Of a stretch of 64,000 nucleotides of DNA, positions 18,770 to 26,937 are shown one piece after another. The DNA is taken from IMG/VR virus record IMGVR_UViG_3300028534_000023, positions 9,641 to 73,640 of that record; one strand, given 5' to 3'. The translations under genes and the position numbers were made by a program. The stretch comes from a virus (lineage: Duplodnaviria > Caudoviricetes). How positions within the stretch are numbered: position 1 is the stretch's first letter; every line of letters begins with the position of its first letter. The notes beneath the pieces are model-generated. The model was not told the DNA's origin, ran no database searches, and was given only the letters and a program-made list of their open reading frames with translations.

Positions 18770-20545
18770 TTATTTCAAAGCTGTATGACAGGCTTTAAAA
18801 TTTCTTATTTTATCTACGGCTTTAAAGCATGCCTCAAAGTCTTTATCAGCTTTTTCTCCTACAGCTCCTATAGATTCTCTATAATCTGTAAGTACTGCAG
18901 TTCTATTTTTATACAGTTTTGTTAAGTTGTCTGCATAAGCTTTCTTAATATGTAATGCCTTAGAAGGTAATGTTAAAAATGCGTCATGGATTGCAATGAC
19001 ATTACTACCTATATTTAAACAAACATTATCAGCTATTTTACTATCTAAATTATGTACTAACCCTGTAGCTGTAAATAGCTTAAATCTTTCATAGTCTGGC
19101 ACTTCAAGTACTTTGTGCAGATGAAACTTCTTGACAATTTTCTTTTTCTCGTCAAACACTTCATATACGTGTAGATCTGCCCCTGCAGGTACAAATTTAT
19201 TTACATACACTTCGTACTGCTCTCCCCAACCATTTACAATATACTTAGGTGTATCTATACTTGTATTCTTGATTATAGCATCTTTAAATCTTTTTACTAC
19301 ACCAAACTCACCACTACTAAAAGCCTTTCTTATAGCCAGTACTTCGTCTGGTTGAATGTCGATACCTGCATCTCTAAGTAGTTTTATAGTACTTTGACTG
19401 CTTCCGTAAAATACAGGTGTACCTACCTTCTTAGCTGATAGTCTTCTAACGCCTTCTACTTCCCAAGCATCTTTTAAATTACCTGCTCTAATTACGTTAG
19501 TTTTGTCCAACAGTCTTTCTTCTCCTAACAATACTCCAATGATCTGACCTAGCGACATCGTAGCATCTAGTTCTATCGGTATATCCCAATAAACTTGACC
19601 TACTTCTCTTAATAGATCTAATTTATCATACATGCGTTCCAACCAAATGTACTCATGTATTGTTTTTCTGTCTAAACTGTCAGGTAATTCTCTATTTAAA
19701 GAAGCTATTACACCACTAAGTACTTTTTCTGCATATCTTTTACGTTTCTTTCCAAGCAATTCTGCAATAAAAGCATAAACAGCATTTAACGAATCTTCAT
19801 CGTGGCTATGTAGTATCTCGCCCTTGTTTAATACTAGACAAGCTCTAGCTCCTTTATCAGTAATTGGGTTAAATACTCTTTTTAACCCTTTGTATACTGC
19901 CCTTCCTCTTTGGTCCAGATATAGACCTTCTAAGTTGAATACTGTGTCTTTACCAGCAGTTATGACATTTTCTACTACTTGCTCTACTACTTTGCCGAAA
20001 TGTAAAGTATTATTTATTGACGGGTACTTTTTAAGTATCTTTTTCATAGCATATACAGAATTTTCTATTAAATGTTTTTTGTACTTTACTATATAATTTT
20101 TATCGTATCTATACGAAACTTGTGAAGACATCAGAAACCCCGGTCTGTTTAACCCTGTTTCTTTTATACCGTACGGAGTTTTAACTTCTGTGCTTATATC
20201 ACTCGTAAAGTACTTAGGCATATACTTATTTACAAGTATATGTTTACGATATTCTAAAATGCTTGTTTTTCCGTAGTAATCTTCAAGAGTACTTACATTA
20301 ACACCGAACGAAGCATAAGAGTGTCTTATTTCTGTTACTAACAAGTTATAATGATCTAACACCATCATCAAATCTACTATGTATATTGTACCAAATTCGT
20401 CTTCTAACCCTGGTACTGACAATAACTTACCCGTAGCTATACTCCATTCTAATTTATGCATTACTTTGTTGAATGTATCTGATCCATAAAACAGTGTATT
20501 TAATGCTTTGTCTGAAAATACTGTTTCTATATATTGTACTAACAT
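18770..20545 (-). CDS. T7-family single-subunit RNA polymerase (N4 RNAPII position), one chain
   Basis: YLDQRGRAVY (DxxGR), IELDATMS (motif A), RRLSAKKVGTPVFYGS (motif B), LVHNLDS, IAIHDAF (motif C). Confidence 0.93.
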   Translation of the reverse strand: MLVQYIETVFSDKALNTLFYGSDTFNKVMHKLEWSIATGKLLSVPGLEDEFGTIYIVDLMMVLDHYNLLVTEIRHSYASFGVNVSTLEDYYGKTSILEYRKHILVNKYMPKYFTSDISTEVKTPYGIKETGLNRPGFLMSSQVSYRYDKNYIVKYKKHLIENSVYAMKKILKKYPSINNTLHFGKVVEQVVENVITAGKDTVFNLEGLYLDQRGRAVYKGLKRVFNPITDKGARACLVLNKGEILHSHDEDSLNAVYAFIAELLGKKRKRYAEKVLSGVIASLNRELPDSLDRKTIHEYIWLERMYDKLDLLREVGQVYWDIPIELDATMSLGQIIGVLLGEERLLDKTNVIRAGNLKDAWEVEGVRRLSAKKVGTPVFYGSSQSTIKLLRDAGIDIQPDEVLAIRKAFSSGEFGVVKRFKDAIIKNTSIDTPKYIVNGWGEQYEVYVNKFVPAGADLHVYEVFDEKKKIVKKFHLHKVLEVPDYERFKLFTATGLVHNLDSKIADNVCLNIGSNVIAIHDAFLTLPSKALHIKKAYADNLTKLYKNRTAVLTDYRESIGAVGEKADKDFEACFKAVDKIRNFKACHTALK

Positions 20546-20590
20546 CTTCTTGTCTCCTTATTTATAAATTATTTTATTGTATAAGAGAGC

Positions 20591-21193
20591 CTATACTAGC
20601 TCTCTTTGACGTTTTAATGACGCTTCTCTTTGCATCTGTACTTCTATAACTTTGTCCATAATGCGTCTTTCTTCATCTTCCCAGTCTACTTCAGGTACTT
20701 CTACAATACTCAAGTTTAACTGATCTGCAATAATTGCTATAAGTAATTGCAGTTTTTCGTAATCTTGGGGATTACCTTCTATTACAACACCTTCATCATC
20801 CAGAAAACTGTGGTATCCGTACGCACCATTAATATCCAGTAGTGTATCTACATCTACACCTTTCTTTTCAAGCAGGTCTTTTACTATTGTAAAATTTGTT
20901 TCTATAAGCTCTTGATCCCACTGACCTACTACTGGGTTGTTTGCTATTTTAGACAATAACACAAGTAAGCCAACAACTTTACCTTGTGCTGCTTTCTTTG
21001 CAGTTTTGATACGCTTTTCTACTGTTGTTACATCAGCTTCAATAGCTATTGCAACTTCTCTTACCAAGTTTTCTAATGCCTTTACATCAGCCAGCTGCAT
21101 AGATAAATCGATACCTGCAGTGCTTTCTAGTAGTGCTCTTCTTTTTTCTGCCAACTCTTGTTTTCTTTGTTCAACTCTCTCTTGAAATGTCAT
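20591..21193 (-). CDS. Early hypothetical protein, helical/acidic
   Basis: 200-aa ORF with AAAGGA RBS, directly upstream of the RNAP gene. Confidence 0.75.
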   Translation of the reverse strand: MTFQERVEQRKQELAEKRRALLESTAGIDLSMQLADVKALENLVREVAIAIEADVTTVEKRIKTAKKAAQGKVVGLLVLLSKIANNPVVGQWDQELIETNFTIVKDLLEKKGVDVDTLLDINGAYGYHSFLDDEGVVIEGNPQDYEKLQLLIAIIADQLNLSIVEVPEVDWEDEERRIMDKVIEVQMQREASLKRQRELV

Positions 21194-21265
21194 GTTCTTT
21201 CCTTTGAAATTTATTTAGAACCTGTATAGGCTCTTTAGAACAGTAGAATTTACTGCTCTAAGAGA

Positions 21266-21361
21266 CTATGTATCTATATCATTTGACACTATTACTAACG
21301 TAATAGCTACAATCAGAATAACTAAAATTTGACACATAATTATTTTACTTTGTACATCCAT
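21266..21361 (-). CDS. Small hydrophobic peptide (31 aa)
   Basis: MDVQSKIIMCQILVILIVAITLVIVSNDIDT, with AGGAG RBS. Confidence 0.5.
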   Translation of the reverse strand: MDVQSKIIMCQILVILIVAITLVIVSNDIDT

Positions 21362-21402
21362 CAGTAATCTCCTAATTCTAAATTCACACTATGTATATAG
21401 CT

Positions 21403-21418
21403 CCTATTATAATAAAAG
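21403..21418 (-). promoter_or_regulatory. 16-bp repeated motif, copy 1 (plus-strand CCTATTATAATAAAAG)
   Basis: Matches the copies at 22662 and 23023 (15/16 to each). Confidence 0.55.
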
Positions 21419-21611
21419 TTTTTGTGTATTGCAAGTAGTCACCCAATACCATAAAAATATTTACTGTCTGTTTACCAAATCGTCCAAACAATATATATAT
21501 TATATATACTATACTGCTGTATTGGTAATTAATGAATCTGTATAAAACATACAAAAACGTCCATTTCTGTACTATCGTTCTTTAATACGGATTAAATCTG
21601 GACTGATACAC

Positions 21612-21640
21612 TTGAATTATGTACAAAAATAGTATATAAT
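21612..21640 (+). promoter_or_regulatory. Sigma70-type promoter for the ParB-like gene
   Basis: TTGAAT-17 nt-TATAAT, followed by AAGGAG RBS and ATG at 21666. Confidence 0.7.
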
Positions 21641-21665
21641 ATTGAGAATTTAAAGGAGTTAAAAT

Positions 21666-22364
21666 ATGGAGTACACTATAACTAAAAAGCTTAAAGCAGG
21701 TAAAACTTTCCCTGTAAACCAAAACTTGGCTGGAATAGTACCTATGGCTACAGAAGATGAGCAAGCTTTACTTACTGATGATATAAAACAGAATGGTTTA
21801 ATACATCCTATAGTACTGTACAAAGGACAGGTTGTTGATGGAAGGTGTAGACAAAAAGCTTGTCTTACTCTTAGCATACCTGTAGAAGCCGTTGATCTTG
21901 ATGACAGTCTATCTGAGGATGATGTTAAAACATATGTCAAAGCAGTTAACACTAGAAGAAACTTGACTAAATCACAACAAGCTATGATTGCAGGTAGAGA
22001 AAGTTTAAAACCAGGACATACACTATCTGCTGAAGCCAAAGCTTGGGGAATTGGTAGATCTGTTGTAGCTAATGCTAAATGGTTATGGAAAAACTACAAT
22101 GATGTAGCACAACAGCTATTTGATGGCAAGGTAGTGCCTATAGGAGATAAACTTACTACTTCTAGGGTTACTGTTGCCTATGCTTATTATAAGTCATTGT
22201 CTGAAAATGTTAAAGAAAACATTGAGCACGGTTTTGAAGAAGGTACAGTAATTAAAACACAGGCTGGAAAAGAGTGGTACTATAAACAAGTAAAAAACTT
22301 ACATGATGATGTTAGAGTAAAAATACTTTTAGCTGAACTAGCTAACTATAAGTTCAGTAGGTAA
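21666..22364 (+). CDS. ParB/Srx N-terminal domain protein with a possible HTH
   Basis: LTDDIKQNGLIHPIVLYKGQVVDGRCRQKAC and NTRRNLT are ParB-like; LSAEAKAWGIGRSVV is HTH-like. Confidence 0.8.
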   Translation: MEYTITKKLKAGKTFPVNQNLAGIVPMATEDEQALLTDDIKQNGLIHPIVLYKGQVVDGRCRQKACLTLSIPVEAVDLDDSLSEDDVKTYVKAVNTRRNLTKSQQAMIAGRESLKPGHTLSAEAKAWGIGRSVVANAKWLWKNYNDVAQQLFDGKVVPIGDKLTTSRVTVAYAYYKSLSENVKENIEHGFEEGTVIKTQAGKEWYYKQVKNLHDDVRVKILLAELANYKFSR

Positions 22365-22379
22365 GTTCTTTGTTACACA

Positions 22380-22414
22380 AAAATAAATAAGTACCCGACT
22401 TTAATCGAGTACTT
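22380..22414 (-). terminator. Hairpin terminator between convergent genes
   Basis: aagtac-ccga-ctttaa-tcga-gtactt stem, followed by a U-rich tail on the minus strand. Confidence 0.6.
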
Positions 22415-22634
22415 GTAGTTTTTTACGTTTGGTTGGAGCTGCAATCTCTAACCCTAACATTATGTTTACTATCGCAGTTGCAGTAACTGCATATGTTTTG
22501 TCGTTTATTTTTACTTTATACCCATTTTGTTTTAGGTTGTTTAGTACATCTGTTCTGCTAAGACCTTCTCTAAACCATCTTATAGCTAACCATTGGTGTA
22601 ATGCATCACCTGCTTCTGTTTTTATTATAGTCAT
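22401..22634 (-). CDS. Early hypothetical protein
   Basis: 77-aa ORF with AAGGAG RBS. Confidence 0.7.
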   Translation of the reverse strand: MTIIKTEAGDALHQWLAIRWFREGLSRTDVLNNLKQNGYKVKINDKTYAVTATAIVNIMLGLEIAAPTKRKKLQVLD

Positions 22635-22661
22635 AACTATCTCCTTATTTATAAATTTTAT

Positions 22662-22677
22662 CCTATTCTAATAAAAG
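22662..22677 (-). promoter_or_regulatory. 16-bp repeated motif, copy 2 (plus-strand CCTATTCTAATAAAAG)
   Basis: Intergenic, 28 nt upstream of the leftward ATG at 22634. Confidence 0.55.
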
Positions 22678-22724
22678 CTAGTTCTTTCTTATTTGTGTAA
22701 TGTGTAAAAAATAAACTAGACTCC

Positions 22725-22985
22725 CTACAGGGAATCTAATAAGTCTTTCATGAATTGTTCTTTTACAGCTTTCTGCAATTCTTTTTTATTTGCCGTCAAT
22801 ACTTCTAACTCTGCTTCTCGAATTAGTCTTGACTTAACAAGCTCATGCTCTGCATCCTCTTCGAAGTTTTTAGCGTATTTACTAACCCCTAACACTACAC
22901 TATCTACCATTCCTACAGTTGTATCTACTGCACCTAAACCTTTTACCAGCGTATTCTCTACGCTTTTAGTTAATTTGTTTGCCAT
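22725..22985 (-). CDS. First early gene, hypothetical
   Basis: 86-aa ORF with AAGGA RBS. Confidence 0.7.
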   Translation of the reverse strand: MANKLTKSVENTLVKGLGAVDTTVGMVDSVVLGVSKYAKNFEEDAEHELVKSRLIREAELEVLTANKKELQKAVKEQFMKDLLDSL

Positions 22986-23022
22986 TACAGGTCCTTATTT
23001 TTAATGTACATATTTTTATATG

Positions 23023-23038
23023 CCTGTTATAATAAAAG
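23023..23038 (-). promoter_or_regulatory. 16-bp repeated motif, copy 3 (plus-strand CCTGTTATAATAAAAG)
   Basis: Intergenic, 38 nt upstream of the leftward ATG at 22985; adjacent to a G7 run. Confidence 0.55.
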
Positions 23039-23098
23039 TGGGGGGGCTATTGTGTAATGTGTATTGTGTGGTGTGTACTACAAAACCCTCAGAAAATT

Positions 23099-23107
23099 TG
23101 TTATAAT
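23099..23107 (+). promoter_or_regulatory. Extended -10 promoter TGTTATAAT
   Basis: 6 nt upstream of the ATG at 23114. Confidence 0.65.
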
Positions 23108-23113
23108 TCCTAT

Positions 23114-23542
23114 ATGAATTGCAAAAAATGTGAAGAACTGTTAAATAAGTACAGGTATGACTCGCTTACTGGTATGAAGTTAAGACATGACTATGAAGAG
23201 GAGATACAGAAACTATTAGATAACGATATAAAGTTTTATTATGTTCTATGGGATGTAAATAACTTACATAAAGTTAATCGTGATCTTGGGTATTCTGCTG
23301 GTGATAAGTTAATAAAAATGTGTTCTAATATAATAAAAGATACAGATTTTCTGATAGAGTGTTACCGTATAGGTGGTGATGAGTTTGTTTCTACTCACAG
23401 TAACAACCCTGTACTAATACCTAACAAATTGATGACATCTGTAACTGTGTTAAGTGGTACAGCTAACTCTGTATCTGAGTTAGTTGACATAGCAGATGTA
23501 CTGCTTACTAAAAGTAAATACCGTAGACGTAGTGATAGGTAA
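23114..23542 (+). CDS. Stand-alone GGDEF domain protein (putative diguanylate cyclase)
   Basis: YDSLTG, LWDVNNLHKVNRDLGYSAGD, YRIGGDEFV, ELVDIADVLL. Start placed at the ATG at 23114 (MNCKKC) rather than 23057. Confidence 0.9.
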   Translation: MNCKKCEELLNKYRYDSLTGMKLRHDYEEEIQKLLDNDIKFYYVLWDVNNLHKVNRDLGYSAGDKLIKMCSNIIKDTDFLIECYRIGGDEFVSTHSNNPVLIPNKLMTSVTVLSGTANSVSELVDIADVLLTKSKYRRRSDR

Positions 23543-23545
23543 ATA

Positions 23546-23554
23546 TGCTATAAT
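23546..23554 (+). promoter_or_regulatory. Extended -10 promoter TGCTATAAT
   Basis: Upstream of a GGAGG RBS and the ATG at 23584. Confidence 0.65.
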
Positions 23555-23583
23555 TGACTTAATATAAATATTGGAGGTATTTT

Positions 23584-24324
23584 ATGGCAGGTAGTGACTA
23601 TATACCAATGTCTAAAATTATAGCACCTAAACCACTTGGGATAACTAGAGAAGAGCTACAGAGTCGTATGCCTAAAGGATCTAGTGCTAAAATAACTGAT
23701 GAAATAATTGCATTGCTTAATTCTATGGAAGATGACACTGGACTAGATCAAGGATTGCTTGAGGAACAGTTTCTATCTAACTTACATCTTATAGAAAATA
23801 CTACGTTTAAGAAACTTATAGCTGCAGTAAAATTCGTAAACTTGAAAAGATTTATGGAAAACAAAGATGCTTACTCTATAGTGTTTAGAGAAAAATATAA
23901 TAGGTTGATAGCAGAAGGCAGGGATGTAAACAATTATGTATCTATGTATAATAGATCTCCACTTATTGTAGAAATAGAAAAAAAGACAATACTACCTGCT
24001 CATTTAGAGTATAGTAAAACTAGGCACAATATGATAATGAGACTAGAGTCTCTAGCCAATGGTGTGTGTGCTAATGGAGGAAAAGTCAGTCCTATGGTGC
24101 AAGCAACTGCAGCGTCTAAATTATTAGACCAGCTAGCAATCCCTGCTGAACATACAGTAAACTTAAATTTCGGGCTTACTGATAAAGCAGTTAGTGTACA
24201 AGAACGTCTTATAGAACAACTAAATACAATGACAGAGAAACAATACAATGAACTTATAAGTGGGGCTGATTTGAACGATGTGCAGCAGTTAGGTATTAAT
24301 GTTATTGATACAGAAACAGTGTAA
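23584..24324 (+). CDS. Putative terminase small subunit (N4 gp69 position)
   Basis: Directly upstream of the large terminase, helical sequence. Assignment mainly by synteny. Confidence 0.6.
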   Translation: MAGSDYIPMSKIIAPKPLGITREELQSRMPKGSSAKITDEIIALLNSMEDDTGLDQGLLEEQFLSNLHLIENTTFKKLIAAVKFVNLKRFMENKDAYSIVFREKYNRLIAEGRDVNNYVSMYNRSPLIVEIEKKTILPAHLEYSKTRHNMIMRLESLANGVCANGGKVSPMVQATAASKLLDQLAIPAEHTVNLNFGLTDKAVSVQERLIEQLNTMTEKQYNELISGADLNDVQQLGINVIDTETV

Positions 24325-24338
24325 CTGGTGATACGCAT

Positions 24339-26258
24339 ATGAGTAATAATATTACGGCAATCGCTGACGACGACACACTTTATAGTACGTTGTCTGACGA
24401 TGTAAATCCTAGTGACATAGAAAGAGTCAATAATACAATAAAAAATAATGAAAATTCTTATACTTTTGACTTAGACAAAGCGCTTGACACTTATGATCCT
24501 ACATTTCCTAGATACACTCCTAGCAAAAATGCACTAGAATACTTTAACATAATGCGTCTAGTACAAGGCAAGGATTTTGAGTTCAACACACCAAAAGCCC
24601 ATTACTTTATGGCTGATTTATTACTAAATGAGATTACTGATCCTATGGTGTTTCCATACAGTGAAGAAGTCTGTAAGACAATATCTATAGATACGTTACG
24701 TCTAGCTTTTATGGAGAGCAGGGGTATGTCTAAATCAACTGTAGTAGTGTCTTTCTTTGGTGTATACAGTGCCATAAAAGGAGAACTACCTAACGGTATA
24801 GGAAAAGTATATTTTTATCTTGTTGTAGCAGCAGCAAGTAAAGGTGGTGCTAGAGTAAATGCCTTAGCCGTAAGAGCTATGTGTGAAGACAGTCCTTTTA
24901 TAAAGGAATACTTTGAAGAAGTACGATTTACTGAAAGTGAAAGTGAGTTTGTACGTAGAGGATCTTCACCAAAAAAAGATCGTAGCTTCTTGTTAAGATA
25001 CCAAGGTATAAGTACAGGTATCCGTGGTGTTAGGTACGGTGAACGTAGACCATGTGCGATAATATTTGACGACATTATACTTAATGAGGCTGCAGCTTAT
25101 TCAGTAACTGTGTCAAAGGCTCTTAAAACAGCTGTAGCATCTGACGCAGTATCTGCGCTAAAAGGTGGAGGTAAAGGAAGGATAATAAACTGTTTTACCC
25201 CTTTTCATTATGAAGATGTTAATACTTCTCTTATTATGACAGGTGCTTATACTCCTTGTGTTATACCTATAGCAAAGACGTTCGATATACCTAAAACTGT
25301 TTTTGCAGCTAGAAAAAATCTACTATCGTCAAACATAGAGAGCAGCTGGGAGTCGATGCATCCAAGCAATAGTATACGTGCTATGGTAATATCAGCTATG
25401 CAAGCAAAAGAGTTACGAAGTTTTTTACAAGAAAGAATGTTACGGTTATCATCAGATTCTGATAGGCTTGTTTCAGACTCGTCTATACAGTACTTCGACT
25501 TAAATGATGTATTAAGAAAAAAAGAAAACTACCACATATACATTACTACTGACTTCACTACTACTTCAGGTACTGCTAGTGACTTTAGTGGAACTGCGTC
25601 ATGGGCTGTAGGTAGTGATGACAAGTGGTATTTACTTAATGTAATATTGTCAAAGCGTGACATGAAAACTCAGTATGAAGATACACTTAACGAAGCTATC
25701 AGATGGAGCAGCTATGGGTCACATACAGAAATAGGTATTGAAGTAGACGGCAATCAAAGAGCGCATTTATACAGCATGCGTAAATTGATGGAAGAGCGTA
25801 ATACAGTATTTCCTTTATCAAGAGACAAATACACAAAACATCCAGAAGGTGGTGTATTGAGTAGAGGGTCTGGTGTAGGCAAACATGAGAGGTTCCGTAT
25901 AGCTGTTCACCAATTATTCAATACACGTAGAATATTTTTTGCAAGACAGTTAATAGATACTCAAGATTTTACGGAGTTTCTTGCACAAATAAGGGGAGCT
26001 ACTCACGCAACATTTACAAGATCTGATGATGCCCCTGACCTTATAACAATGCTAACAGTAATAGATTATATACTCCCTGACAAAAAAGGCAATGTATTAT
26101 CTGATATGAGTTATACAGGTTCTTCATACATGTATGAAAAAGATGACGAAGAAGATGTTTTAAATTCTAACAATCCGTACGGTATGTATGGTGACACCGA
26201 TAATATTAATGAAGCTACTAATTTTGACGATGATTTTTCTAATAATTACTGGTTTTAG
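24339..26258 (+). CDS. terL: Terminase large subunit (N4 gp68-like)
   Basis: ESRGMSKST Walker A, GIRGVR, IIFDDII Walker B, TDFTT..SDFS nuclease motif, DDAPDLI. Confidence 0.9.
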   Translation: MSNNITAIADDDTLYSTLSDDVNPSDIERVNNTIKNNENSYTFDLDKALDTYDPTFPRYTPSKNALEYFNIMRLVQGKDFEFNTPKAHYFMADLLLNEITDPMVFPYSEEVCKTISIDTLRLAFMESRGMSKSTVVVSFFGVYSAIKGELPNGIGKVYFYLVVAAASKGGARVNALAVRAMCEDSPFIKEYFEEVRFTESESEFVRRGSSPKKDRSFLLRYQGISTGIRGVRYGERRPCAIIFDDIILNEAAAYSVTVSKALKTAVASDAVSALKGGGKGRIINCFTPFHYEDVNTSLIMTGAYTPCVIPIAKTFDIPKTVFAARKNLLSSNIESSWESMHPSNSIRAMVISAMQAKELRSFLQERMLRLSSDSDRLVSDSSIQYFDLNDVLRKKENYHIYITTDFTTTSGTASDFSGTASWAVGSDDKWYLLNVILSKRDMKTQYEDTLNEAIRWSSYGSHTEIGIEVDGNQRAHLYSMRKLMEERNTVFPLSRDKYTKHPEGGVLSRGSGVGKHERFRIAVHQLFNTRRIFFARQLIDTQDFTEFLAQIRGATHATFTRSDDAPDLITMLTVIDYILPDKKGNVLSDMSYTGSSYMYEKDDEEDVLNSNNPYGMYGDTDNINEATNFDDDFSNNYWF

Positions 26259-26267
26259 CTTGCAATA

Positions 26268-26276
26268 TGCTATAAT
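26268..26276 (+). promoter_or_regulatory. Extended -10 promoter TGCTATAAT
   Basis: Intergenic, upstream of the tail operon. Confidence 0.65.
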
Positions 26277-26307
26277 ACTAAATCTAATATTATAGGTGTA
26301 AATAAGT

Positions 26308-26937
26308 ATGACATACCAACAATTTATAGACATGGCAAAAGCAGGTGAATTAAAATCTTTAGCTATTAAAACAGATACTGAAGCTATATTATCATTTGTT
26401 AATTTAGGTCTTTTAGAGTTATATAAAAGATTTCCTATAAAAACTGTAGAACATATAGTTGAGTATGACGAGAATAATATTACACAAGAATATAAAATGC
26501 CTGCTGATTACATGTGGTTAGTAGCTGCTTATTGTGAAGTACCTTCAAATTATTCTGACAACACTATGTCACTTCCTATTAACAGTGTAGACGATCCTTA
26601 CACTGTAAACACTGTAAGTTATAATACAATACAGATACCTATGATGGCTTCGCAGGAACGTGTATCGCTAATATACGCTGCTTCTCCAGACATTGTTACA
26701 GAAACTGACATATTATCTGAGTTAGATTTACCTATACCACCTCAACTTATAGACTCGCTAATGTTATATGTAGCGTATAAAGCAAATGATACTGTTGCTG
26801 GCAATAAAACAGATATAGAAAGCAATGTACATTATACTAGATACGAATTAAGTATAAAACGTGTAGTGGCTGAAGGTATGTTTAATGAAGAGAGCTTAGA
26901 TATGTCTGGAAGACTTTATCAAAAAGGATTTATATAA
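26308..26937 (+). CDS. Virion structural/adaptor protein (N4 gp67-like)
   Basis: ILSFVNLGLLELYKRF and LMLYVAYKA patterns; position after terL. Confidence 0.7.
   Translation: MTYQQFIDMAKAGELKSLAIKTDTEAILSFVNLGLLELYKRFPIKTVEHIVEYDENNITQEYKMPADYMWLVAAYCEVPSNYSDNTMSLPINSVDDPYTVNTVSYNTIQIPMMASQERVSLIYAASPDIVTETDILSELDLPIPPQLIDSLMLYVAYKANDTVAGNKTDIESNVHYTRYELSIKRVVAEGMFNEESLDMSGRLYQKGFI

Noticed and set aside
21200-23100. Canonical N4 hairpin promoters (GC-rich 5-7 bp stem with a 3-nt loop)
   Set aside because: No convincing N4-type consensus hairpin was found upstream of the early genes.
23057-23113. Upstream ATG at 23057 as the start of the GGDEF gene
   Set aside because: The extension spans TG-rich repeats and the -10 box; 23114 fits the promoter position better.
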